The translations under genes and the position numbers were made by a program. The notes below the pieces were generated by a model that searched no databases, had not been told where the DNA came from, and was given only the letters and a program-made list of their open reading frames with translations. Positions 37,888 through 49,000 of a stretch of DNA of 64,000 bases are shown here, piece by piece (positions within the stretch are counted from its first letter, which is position 1; each line of letters opens with the position of its first letter). The stretch comes from Mesotaenium endlicherianum. Its lineage: Eukaryota. Location of the stretch: NCBI GenBank assembly GCA_009602735.1, contig WELA01002449.1, positions 121,818 to 185,817 on the forward strand, read 5' to 3'.

Positions 37888-38993
37888 CTGCATGCAATTG
37901 CCAGCTCTGTGGAGCTCCGCAGTGGACGTATGACGCTGGAGGTCCAATCACAGCTGGACCATGCTCCAACATGACAGCTGTCGGCCGCCTAGGATGCCAT
38001 GTCATGGCTGACGGCGAGCTCAAGGCCCTCAAAATGCGTCAAAACTGCAGGTCCGCCAGTCTCAGAAGCCCCCCCCCCCCTCTCTTCTCCACCGCCTACC
38101 ATCCTGTCCCGTTGACTGTACTGTCTTTCTCTTCTCTTTTCTTTGCCCTATTGCTGTGCTTGCGATGCCGGCGTGAGAGTGTGCATGGGCTCTTCGCTTC
38201 TCTCCTTCTGCGCATGGGCACTCACCAATCCTTGAATCTCAGCCCTTGGACCCACCAGGCCTCCGAGGCATGGGCGCCAGATGCAGCGGGGGCAGCTAGC
38301 GTCCCTCTCGCCGCCCTCTGTGCCCCCCAGCACCATGCAGCACAGCAAGCACAGCAGAGGGGAGAGCAGAGCAACGTGCTGCATCTGTTTCGTGGGTAAG
38401 TGGGGGGGGCGTGTCTCCCGAGTGCAAGTGAGAGCATCCACAGTCGATGCCCTTTCTTTGCCTGCACCGCTCTCGGCAGTCTCGGTCTCTTCCTGAGCCC
38501 CTCCTCTTGCCTCGACGTGTGCGTTTCTGAGCCTCACACGTGGCTAGCATGTGGCAGGGGGGGTGGAGTAGCCGCAAGGGCGGCAGGGGGGGTGATCGTG
38601 GCCGCCTGCACGGCGGGCGGCATCGTCCACTTGCTGCGCTCTCCGCCGCCTGCGCTCCTCGCCTGCCGCTGCGCTGCTTCTGGCCAATCAGAGCCTCCAG
38701 GCACGAGTTGGAAGGGGACGCTTCGCTTGCAATCGCCACGCATCGACTCCTCCCGGGGCGTCGTCCCGGAGAGCGCCTCATGGGGGGCCCGCTGTGCCAT
38801 CCCATGGGCACCTGGCGCCACATTGGCAACGCAGGGCAGCGGCGCAGCAGGGACACCTGGCGCTGCCCAGGCCCTCCCGGTGGCCACCCTGCGACTCCCG
38901 GGAGACGCTTTCTCGTCGCCCGTCATGATCGACGGGATTCTCTTCGTGGGGTGCCGAGACGACCACCTGTACTGCCTCCGGAGCCCTGCCTAG
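21236..38993 (+). CDS. AAE19: NRPS-like acyl-activating enzyme AAE19/AASDH (ACSF4) homolog: AMP-binding domain, phosphopantetheine carrier and PQQ-like beta-propeller
   Basis: 16 exons: 21236-22472, 24520-24716, 25316-25570, 27230-27526, ~28029-28892, 29137-30833, 31434-31509, 32208-32303, 32918-32961, 33617-33725, 34036-34177, 36187-36251, 36964-37023, 37316-37360, 37905-38050, ~38558-38993. A-domain motifs [69 protein letters not shown]; carrier motif DFFHSGGTS; propeller repeats CVDASP, GRVESTP, VVVGCY, WCGAHDG and C-terminal [15 protein letters not shown]. Confidence 0.93.
32357..32592 (+). repeat. Intronic degenerate (CA)n/(CG)n microsatellite
   Basis: CACACACGCAC-type runs. Similar CA- or GT-rich tracts at ~16557-16665, 36036-36166, 36400-36510, 37795-37890, 55420-55515, 56100-56172, 57215-57358. 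Confidence 0.85.
34203..35164 (+). repeat. Perfect (TTC)n/(GAA)n trinucleotide tract, about 320 units, in AAE19 intron 11, with a degenerate CT-rich tail to ~35480
   Basis: Uninterrupted TTC repeats directly visible, beginning ~25 nt after the donor at 34178. Confidence 0.95.
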
Positions 38994-41900
38994 CTGGCGC
39001 CAGCCGTCTGCAGCTTACGCTTCCGCTTAGGAACAGGGTTAGGGTTGGGGGTTGGGCTAGGGTTTGCTTGGGCGGTGGCCTCCTCCTCTCCTGTGTTGTT
39101 CGTCGCATAAATTTGGTGAAGCTCAGGATTAGGTGTAGGTTTGAGACTAGGGTGCGCGGGAGCTGCCCTTCTCCCCCTTGCGGGCAAAGGGGGCCACTCT
39201 CTTTGCAGCTCATTGGGGGAGGGCGGGATATCAGAGCCGACGGAGCGCCTGCACCTGGCCTCCCCTTGCCCGCATTAGGCTCACAGTCTGTTGCAACTAA
39301 CTGTCTGATGCCGGGCAGCTCAAGCATCAGGTGACCTTGGCGTGTGCCATGTGGCGTGTGGCGTGTATGGAGCGTGCTGCTTGCGCCTCCCCTCGTAGGT
39401 TTCCACTCGGCTCCTCTTTCCCCTCGCTTTTTCCTCTCTGTTTTCTTTCCTTTCTTCTTATTTGGCCTCCTCCATGTGGGTCCTAGAGGGCCCCTTCACT
39501 TCCTTGCTGAAGGGCGCCCGGTATCGAGCAAGCCCTAGCTTGCGAGAGAGCAGGGAAGCAGGGAAGAAGATTTGGGTAACAACTAAAGCTCTGAGAAACA
39601 TTTGCTCAGGGGGGCAAGAGAATGGAGAGCAGGGGTTCCGGGCTTTGGTCGGGACATCCGCGTCTACTTAGCTGCACAGAGAAATGCACTCCGACTGGCT
39701 GCACGAGTACGGGGGAGCTGAGGTGGAGAGGGCGGGAGCAGCAGGGGCAGCAGCAGGGGCAGCGAGAGCTGAAGCCGCACTCCCATCCACGGTGCTTTTG
39801 TGAGTCTCTACCATATTTTATAGAAGACGACGGTGGGGGATGGCCGGTTGGCGGGTTGAGCGTGCGCGCGAGCATCGCCAGCGCACGTGTTATGTTGCAT
39901 GAGGTTGTCGATTTGCTGCACCGGCGCGTCGTAAATTGTGATGAGCTGTGGGGCTATTGGCCGCCGTAGAGAGTAGCAGCTAGGAAAAGCTCGAGGGTCA
40001 GAGCCCTGGTTCTTTCTGTGACTTTGCTCGATTATGATGCAGGAGCCGCGCGCTGGCGAAGCTCGTTCCAGCGGTGGACTGGCTGCCGTACGAAAGGGCA
40101 GCACGCTGCTGCATGGAGACACTTGGCTCACTATAATGCATGTGCCTGAAGCTGTCGGGTATATATTGAGGATGCTTACGATCTTCTTAGTCCCGGGGGG
40201 TAGGGAAAGGAAAAGCTTAAAAATATCTAGGTCATGGCCTCAGGAAGGAACGGTGCAAGTTCCATTTTCAAAATATGCCTTGACGCTTGTTGACTGCATT
40301 TGGGTACTCAGTTTGAAGCAGCTTGAACCTGAACCACTCAAATAAATATGTGTTACTTTTGACTTTTGACTACACCATTGGACTATTTGGCCATACTCTA
40401 CAGGCATATGTTGCAGTGTGCCTTCTCGAATGTGCTTTTTTAGGCAAGCACATGGTCGCAGAGATGGCTTTTTTAGTATTTACTCCGTGCACTTTCAGAG
40501 CAGGCGGGAAGAGAATTCTAATGTGAACTCAGCTGATCGATCTACAAGCTCTCAAAGCATGCAACTCACTCTCCCACCAACATACACTGCAACTTTTTGG
40601 CCAAAGCGAAAGGAAACAACCATGTTGACAGCTACCTATGACTTGATAATGTTGACTATAAGTACATCAGATACATAAGCAAGTGTATTCACAATGCTCA
40701 CAATGCACATGTATAGTGTCTTGCAGCTAGCAAACTTATTGCTGGCCAAAGTGCAGTCCTTGGTCTTGCATGCATGTTGACTGATTATTCACACTATACA
40801 GCATATTGTATTCGCTACATGACCTCGCAACATTGTGTTTAAAGTCATGTTTGAGATGTTATAATGTGAGCAAAGCATGCATGCTTGTTAATGAGTAACC
40901 AAGAGCGTTGCTACAAAGCACTTAGATTTGCTCCCGATGCTTATGCAGCTCTGCCGTCCTGATAGCGGCACGCGTAGTGACAGCTCTTGTTACCAACAGG
41001 CCTCCCCCCCTGTATATCCATATTTTGTATCTGCAGGGCATTGGCTACCCTATTATGTAGTAGTGGTCGTCCTTTAGGTCTGCCCATGCTGGGGAAGGTG
41101 GTCCAGTCACCCATACGAGTCGCACATATAAGAGCCAGTACTTGCACCCAGTTGCTGAATACGAGGTGATGGGACCGCACGTTCTCAAATGTTAAGTATC
41201 CAAAAGAGTGTGATCATTTCTCCGTATTTCTCACTTGGACTGCAACTCATGCATTGCCGGAGTCGACAGTGACCACAGCCAAGTGATAGGGGGCGAACGA
41301 GATTTTCTACGCAACTTTGCACCTCCTTTCTAGCATCCCCAGCCTGACTTGGGGTAACCACAGACAGCCCTGGTCACTGCAAATCAAGGCGATATCGTAC
41401 AACAGCTAGAAGAGAGAAAGCCAAGTGGTAGAACGGGGCCTTCCTAGTTTTAGAATACCGATACTAGAGCTGGTGTTTGACTGCATTGACCCCTACGGCA
41501 AAGGAGGGCACGAGACCCTAAGTAGCATGTTATCTGGAGCACACTTGTCACAAATATGCTCCAACTACTTATGTACCAAACATGCATACTGGGGACCTGC
41601 CGTAGGAGCACAAGGCCATGGCATGAAGGAGCTGTTCGTCTTCAGGACCAAAGAAGAGACTGAATCTCGTAGTATGAAGACATCCCTCTCGTGAGGGAAG
41701 CCCTGCACAGTATACCACCGCGCTTGTGGAAACTCAGTCGGCCGCAACATGATGCTGCGGTTGGCATCTCCTACACCTTCGGTTCTGCTGCCAATGCAGG
41801 CGGTGCTCACAGGTGGCTGCTGAGAATTAAACGTCAATAAAGATCGCAGGTGGAGCCAAGAGCCAACAGCTCCCAAGTGGGCGTGGCAGCAGCCTATGGA

Positions 41901-42351
41901 TTGATGAGCACTTAGCTCTGGCATGCACACCTCCTTTGCTTCGCTGCCAAGTGGCTTCACAGGCAACAACTGGACTAATGCTTCCGAGACAGGCCACGAA
42001 ACACTCTTCTGCTCAAAAATCACTTGGGTGCTTGCTAGCGCCACTGCTAGCCCTGGAACTTCTGAAAGAGCTTGATGTCCAGAGATCCAGAGAATGGCAC
42101 AACGATGTCCACAAGCCCCCATTAGTCTCTTCGCCTGCTGCTCCAAGGTAGGGCCTCCCTGGGGGGGGAGGTGGCGACTCGGCCACCTGGCAGTTTCTCA
42201 AGGGCTGCGCGTGGCAAACATATTGCCAGAGAGCACTCAGAGCTAATCACAAGGTGACAGCAGACTGTTTGCGTCAAGATGGTGAATTAAATAACAAAAG
42301 TGATGCATATAAAGTGTTGTTCGGGACATTTGACGTGTTTTACTGGAGCCG

Positions 42352-43058
42352 CTACGTGAAAGCAAGACTATGTAGCATTGATTCCCCTGCTTGCGCCTTC
42401 ACATACACACGATCAGCATTATCCGCCAGATAAACACGACAGTGCAGTGGACTGAACCAGAAGATAGAGCCACTTGTAGGGACATATAAGCTTTCACAAG
42501 CACCCCTGCTGACTGACAAGGAGAGCAGGATTGGGAACCTGCTGGTCAAGATGGACAGTGTGAACAAGGTGTACCTGGTAGTGCTGCTGAGAAGGAACTT
42601 GTAGCTGTTGTAGCAGAGAAACCACACCAGAAGCAAGATAGCAATATCTGGCGGAGGAGGCCGTCAAGGGACACAACTTAAAGTCATGGCAAGCAAAGGC
42701 AAACACCAGCAGGGTGTGTCTCACCCTACCAACAAAGATGCGTTCCGATGAGGTTCATGAGCTCAAGGCACGGTTATGGCTCTCAGGCTTACATGGTGGG
42801 TTCAGAAAGATGGCAGCATGAAGACTAATGGCAATGAAGGATATGGATACTGAAAATAATCCGCTCCCACCAGTCCAGCATGTAAAGCCCGAACGTCACG
42901 TTGTACTGGAAAATCAGAACCTCGAGCCAACCAAACGTCCATTTCCACAGAGTGCTCGTGCTTGACTCTGCAAGCTTTGGGGCCACGTCAACCTGACGTT
43001 TAGTATTCTTTCCATCGCTGTTGCGCTTGCGAACGGTCTGACCCTTCCCCCCAGCCAT
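42352..43058 (-). CDS. ssSPT: Serine palmitoyltransferase small subunit (ssSPT/SPTSSA family)
   Basis: Exon 43058-42851 encodes …QYNVTFGLYMLDWWERIIF; after intron 42850-42648, exon 2 continues NIAILLLVWFLCYNSYKF, matching the plant ssSPT pattern YNVTFGLYMLDWWER..FN…WF..YN. A possible in-frame 123-nt second intron (42574-42452) leaves the stop at 42352 unchanged. Confidence 0.9.
42648..42850 (-). other. U12-type (minor spliceosome) GT-AG intron in ssSPT
   Basis: 5' site GTATCCATATCCTT; U12 branch motif CCCTTGAC with the branch A 16 nt upstream of the CAG; phase 1. Confidence 0.75.
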
Positions 43059-43679
43059 ACGCACGCCGACCGTACTCGTCTCTGCGTTCAGGCCTGACTC
43101 TGATTTAACTTGCTAGCACAGTCCGGGGCAGTAGGCCACAACCTTCAGTGGACTTTCACTGAAAGCATCTATATTTGAGGTAACCTAAGGAAGGTCAATA
43201 GAGGAATGGTATGTCTTCGTTCATCTATTCCGCGGTCTCCACTTTCTTGTTCCAGTCAATGATCCCTAGCGTAGTCTCAAAGATTGCCAAATTTAAGCAG
43301 CTGTCCAAAAATCTTAATAACGCTACCACACATTACACCTGCCGAGATCTTTTTCACCAACACATGCAGCTAGTGCGTCAATCCAGAGAGATGACAAACG
43401 AACCCAGGAGAGAATAAGTAGTCTCGACGGCATCATATATCTTCAGCGTTGAAGTTGCATGCACGCAACTTTTGAAGTTGAAAGGGCCAGAAAGGGCCAG
43501 ACAGAAAGGCCAGTTGGCCGACGATCTCGTACGACAGGAGTCGTGAAAACCGTCGAGGCGTTCGGACCTTCAAACATAGTGACGTGATGACACCAGAAAA
43601 GTCCCTGCTTTTTCATAGGCATCTCTCTCTGCTATAGCGCCTCATATGTGCATTAGACGCGCTGTCGCTTTGTTGTCAG

Positions 43680-45070
43680 CCACTGCTGTCATATTTTGCA
43701 CATACCCTTCCTGTCCCTTTGTGCTACCATGGGGTGCTAACTGTCGCAACGATCCCCAAATTATTGATGTTTTTCGCCAAACTTGCAAGTCGGTCCGCCG
43801 AAATCCTTGTCTCATTCATTTTTTGCGCAATGTCAAACTCCGACGCAAAGCACTGCGGACGATTGATTATTTTCGCAATGGCAATTGACGAAGGCGCCCA
43901 AAATTTCATCTTATTTATATTCTGTGTAACATATGTGGCCGGCTATATCGCAAGGATGCCTGTTAGATCGATTTGTTTCGTAGGGCAGTTAGACCTTTTG
44001 ATTAAATTCATCAATCTTTGTCAAGATTGAATTTATTCGCACACGAGCAAGAATTATTGAAAAAAACCGCCAACCGAAAATACTTTGATTGTTTTCGCCA
44101 AGAAGCCCCTTCAGATGAAAAGAGTTAACACCCCATGGTGCACACCCTACTGCCGTCTCTTTTGACGTTCCCCTTCTGTCCCGTAAGTGTGCGTACCCCA
44201 CTCCCGTCTTCACCACTACTGTCCATTGGTACGCGAGCAGAGACGGCAGGGGTTGCGCGAGCAGGTTCGTCAGGGGTACGCGAGCAAGGTTCGTCAGGGG
44301 TACGCGAGCAGATTCGTCAGGGGTACGCGAGCAGGTTCATCAGAGGTACAGGAGAAGAGACGGCAGGGGTACGCAGGCAGAGACGGCAGAGGTACGAGAG
44401 CAGAGACGGAAGGACCTACTACGGTCTCTTTGTACGGACACCTGCTGTTCCTCTGCGCGTTTCCCCCTCGCATCTCTTTTTGCGTTCAATTATGCGTACC
44501 ACCACTATACCACCGTGCATGCTGTCCCTTTGCATGTGCCCCACTCCCGTCTCTTTGCGTTCCCGTGATGTCTCTTTGTGCGTAATCCACTTCCAACTCT
44601 TTCCCGACCATTGGTGTCCCTTCGTGCGTACGCCATTGCCTTCTCCTGATTGCGTTCGTTCCTTCGCGTACCCCACTCCCGTCTCTTTTTGCGTTCCCCT
44701 GATGTCCCTCTGTGCGTAATCCACTGCCGTCTCTTTTACGTTCCCCTGCTCATCCTTCATGCGTACCCCACTGCCATCTCTTTTTTCGTTCCCCTGCTGT
44801 CAGTTTTTGCGTACTCCACTCCCGTCTCTTTTTACGTACACCTGCTGTCCCTTTGTGCGTACCCCCACCATCTTCCAATGCCCATCTCTTTTTGGGCCCC
44901 CCTGCTGTTCCTTAGTGCGTATCAGTGCCGTCTCTCTTACTTACTCCTTGCTGTCCCTTTGTGCGTACACCGCTTGAATTAGTTTTTGCATATCCTGATG
45001 TCCCTATATGCACGTACTCCTATGGCGTTTCTCTCTGTGTACCCCTACATATGGCTATATGCGTTTCCTT
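43680..45070. repeat. Degenerate tandem array (~40-45 bp unit, consensus like CTGTCCCTTTGTGCGTACCCCACTGCCGTCTCTTTTGCGTTCCC) with an inverted block at ~44230-44410
   Basis: Recurring GTGCGTACCCCACT, CCGTCTCTTT and CGTTCCCCTG motifs; the reverse complement GAGACGGCAGGGGTACGC occurs in the inverted block. Four 23-24 bp copies of CGCGAGCAGGTTCGTCAGGGGTA at ~44256-44348. Confidence 0.85.
43726..44139. mobile_element. MITE-like non-autonomous DNA transposon, ~414 bp
   Basis: Terminal inverted repeats ACCATGGGGTGCTAACT (43726-43742) and AGTTAACACCCCATGGT (44123-44139), 16/17 identical. The interior is AT-rich with no convincing ORF, and the flanks rejoin into one unit of the surrounding tandem array. 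Target-site duplication is ambiguous. Confidence 0.65.
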
Positions 45071-46041
45071 TACAATGTTCTATTGTTCGTTCCCCTGCTA
45101 TAATGACAACGCGATATGCGCATGGCAATCCATGCAATCAATGAGTGTACTTCTTTCTATGTCTTGCTTTGCCCATTATGGCCAAAAAGGAGACCTCTGA
45201 GGAGATGAATGCTAATTAATTTGAAGTGGTGCGGCCACAGGTACTGTTGTATTTCTTCCTGGTTGCCTATGTCTTGATCAAGTTGTCATTGTATGCTACT
45301 GAGTTGGGAGCTATGAATGCAGAATTATTTCCATGTTCATAATGTAGTACTGAGTCATCATAGTAATTTTTAATGTTTACAAAAAAGGATGGCAGACCAC
45401 TTACTTAAAGGGAACTATTTACTCGACTTGATGACCTGATTTATCTGGAATTATCAAGTTTGATAGGTCCCCCCAGAACGAGTGTTAGCTAGCCGAATAT
45501 GACGTCTTTGAGCTGTATGCACCTAGGAGTGCCGGTACAAATTAGTACAGATTTTTAGGCTTCACAATTCTTTGTAGATCTCAAGTGTGCGTAGATCTTC
45601 TTCCCTACCTCTCGCTCGCGCGCAGTTGGGGTCGATCAATCGAAACGCAAAGTAGGGCCAAAAGAGTGGTGTGCTCTGTGTGAAATAAATTCCTAAACCG
45701 TGCGGAGTACAAAATGAGCTGGAACTGACAATAAGGAGCGTCGAGAAGGAACACGCACTCATATAGAGAATCGTCACCGCTCAGTCCATGACGCACAGTA
45801 TTTATCAGTAACAGCAACACCTCAGAACTTGTACATTAGCACACGTCCACCAAGAAAATACAAGAGGAGCTCTTTTAAATCCTGGTACATACACATACAA
45901 GTGAAGGACCCGTAAAGCGCCCGTAAAGGACCCCACTGAAGGGCTACGCTCCAGAAGGCCACAGGACAGCTTCCTTCCTGCTGCAGAGCACTAGTGGCCT
46001 GCACGTCACACTACCAATCTACCTGGCGCAGCGAACGGCGC

Positions 46042-49000
46042 CTAAGTTGCACCCTCTTTTCCCTTGGAGACTGCGGCTTCTAACTCGTCGAGCTCGTCAA
46101 AGTCGAGCTCGTCGTCGTCCTCGGCAAGCAGCCTCTCGTCCTCCTCTGTGAGGTTGGCGAGCGCCGCGGAGGATGCGGAAGGGCCTGCGCCGTTCTCCCG
46201 AGTCCCACCGCCACTCTGCGCGCCGCCGCCTCCGGCCGCGCTCTGCTGCATATGAAATCAGGACAAAGATATAGCCCGTACAATCGAGTCAACGCCGGAG
46301 CGAGCGCGCCCGATGAGAAGCCGAGGGCGTCGTCCAATGCAAAAAGGGCGGGAGACATGCGCTCCTTCTCGCAACAAATGTGGTGCAATATGGAAGTGAT
46401 GTTGCAGAGAGGACAAGGAAGGGCGGGAAGCATTTGCTGCTACTCTCGACACACGTTGCACGACTCAGCTACAAAACGGCCCCAGCACTAACAAGACTGG
46501 TGCGCTCTACCAGTAACACCGACACCAAGCAAATTACAATAACCAGCAGAGACAGCAGCGACACAGGCAACGCCAACCACCGCCACGACAGCGCCCGGTC
46601 AGCAGGAAAAAGAGCCAGCACAGCCTGCATGGCCACCACACGCCAGGAAAGCGCTCAACAAGCGCACCTTGTCCTTCCTGTCGCCTGCTGTCGCCGACGC
46701 CTCCGCCCGCTGCTCGTCCTCGCCCTCGGAGTCCTCGCGCTCATACTCGTCGTACGCCTCCTCGTCGTCAACGAAGAGCGAGGCGTCGGTCGCAAAGAGC
46801 TCGCGACCGCTGCAGCACCCACAGCCGCGAGCCGAAACTCCACTCCCCCGTCACTGACAGGCGTGCACCCACTCCCTCGGTCACTAACAAGCATGCATCC
46901 GATCCTACGGTCACTAACAAGTATGCTCCGCCAGCGCTGGGAAATCGGGCCAGCTATGCCCAGCATCTCAGCAGGAGCTAAGCAATGCAACCACAGCACC
47001 CAGCCCCTCGGCCGCGAACAAGGACGCATGCCGCGCCTGTGCCGGGGCGTGGAGCCAGCTCTGCCCAGCATTGCCCGGCAAGAACTGAGTCTCGCGGCAC
47101 TTGGAATCAAAGACACACGACACACACGTCAGATCGAGCTTTCCTACCACACAAGGCTGCCAACGCAACCAGGGCACTCACCACAGTCAGCATAATCAGC
47201 ACGAGGCCACAGGCGTAAAGAGACCGCCCAGTTGCTTCAGCAGAATCAGCACAAGGCTTCTAGCGATGACAGCCTATTTGGCACGTTCAGCACATTTGCC
47301 ACTAGGATACCACCGTGGCCAAGGCACATCCCACCCTCCCGCCCTCCAGCGACCAGCCTCGCCTCTGCGACGCCGCTGCTCTGCGTGCTGCTGAGTACAA
47401 GGCACAGGCGCAAGAGTGCTGACCAGGAGAGAGCGTGCACACGCGTGTGCGTGCATGCGTGCGGGCGCTTGGCAGCAGGAAAAAAAGAGCGCACGCACCT
47501 CATCCTGTCCTGCTTTGCTCTGTCCATTCGCTTGGCGGCCCTCTCCGCCTCCTTCTGCTCCTCCTTCTTCGCCTTCCACTCAGCGAACACAGCCGGCGTG
47601 ATCTGCGTGTTGGTCTTGATCGTATGCCTCTGCACAGTGACCCCGCGTCGCAACCACGGCCAAGGGGGTCAACGAACACTCCTCGGCACTTGCACTCCCC
47701 ACCTCCAGCAGGTGCCCCATCTTATTAAGCAGCCAAGACACAGGAAGACCTCTGAGACAAAAGCCCATATCTGCGTCTCCAGTGTAACCACCCGTTGACT
47801 GACCACGCTCCGAGATTGGTCGTGCATGGTACCCCATGCAGCTACATTTTCCGATTTTCCCCAAGGCCTCACATGAGGACCATGGCAATGAGGCATGAGC
47901 CGCCAGGAGGGGTAGCCTCCTCACGTTATACAGGCTGCCCTCCGCTCACACTACAATGCCTACTGACTGCCACCGCAGTTGGGCAACCCGAGTGCAACAG
48001 CAAGTGCCTGAACGTTCTTAGAGGACACATCACAAGCCCTACCCACTGCCACAGCTGTGCCACAGCGGGTGCCCAGACGCTTCCAGAGGGTGCACCACAG
48101 ACCCTAATAATTGCCACAATCTTGCCATGCGGAATGCCCGAATGTCCTAATGGGGCGCCCTAGAAACCCTAATCAGTAACAATAGCCGCAATTGAGCTAC
48201 ACAGAGTGCACAAACATTCTGAGAGGGCGCACTACAAACCCCAAAGACTGCCACAACTATGCCACATGGGTTGCACTAAGAGGACGCACTAAGAGGGCGC
48301 ATCGCCAATTCCAAAGGCCGCCACTGCCAGGGCAGCATTGCCACAGAAAGAGTAGTGCCCAGACGTCCCGAGAGGGCCAGGTGTGTACCTCCTGCTCAAT
48401 CTGCTCCTCGATGCTGAGCCGGTTGGCGCTCTCCTCCTCCAGCAGCGCCTTCATCTGCGACTTGAGCACGTAGCCGGGCGGCAGGCCGTGCCGGTACATG
48501 CAGTCCTTGCCGCCGTTGGGGCACGACCAGAACCACCCGTACTGCTTCTTCTCGATGGCCTCCAGGAAGAACTTGCACACCTGCGCCCAGCCGCAGCCGA
48601 CAGAGGAGCACAGCCCACAAGTGTACGGACACTAAGAAGGCTCCCAAGAAGAATTTATACGCCCAAACGCAGCCGCAGCCGACAGCAGAGAACAGCTTGC
48701 GCACACTAAGAGGGCAGAACAAAGCCAACAGAAGAACCCAGCACAATACCAAGGGCACTGCCCAGAGATTGGGTGCACGTGGAGATGCATACTCTGGAGC
48801 ACGCGCACGGCTTACGCATTCAATGTTGTGCAAGAATGTGATCTCCAGAAAGCCCTGCTATGGGAACGCGTGGATGTGCGAGATCCGCATCGCGCTCTTG
48901 AAAAGCCCTTTGACTCTAAGTGCCTGTACCCATGGGGACAATATCAGTGAAAGTATAGTAGACCACACAGTCATTTATTCCAATAACCCTCTTGGCAAGA

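Noticed and set aside
21236..38993. Novel secondary-metabolite NRPS cluster
   Set aside because: The A-T-PQQ architecture is the conserved AASDH/AAE19 type, there is no condensation domain, and most recognisable neighbours are housekeeping genes.
41565..42146. 193-aa minus-strand ORF between AAE19 and ssSPT
   Set aside because: Non-ATG start, no recognisable motif or exon chain; the 39-42 kb region cannot be assigned without a search.
42494..42724. Alternative ssSPT exon (HTLLVFAF…) via an AT-AC splice from the inner ATATCCTT donor
   Set aside because: No properly spaced U12 branch site, and the downstream frame loses the conserved WF..YN segment.
44135..45070. CRISPR-like or coding interpretation of the tandem array
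   Set aside because: Units are degenerate and contiguous with no unique spacers, there are no cas genes, the context is eukaryotic, and the ORFs merely reflect the repeat.
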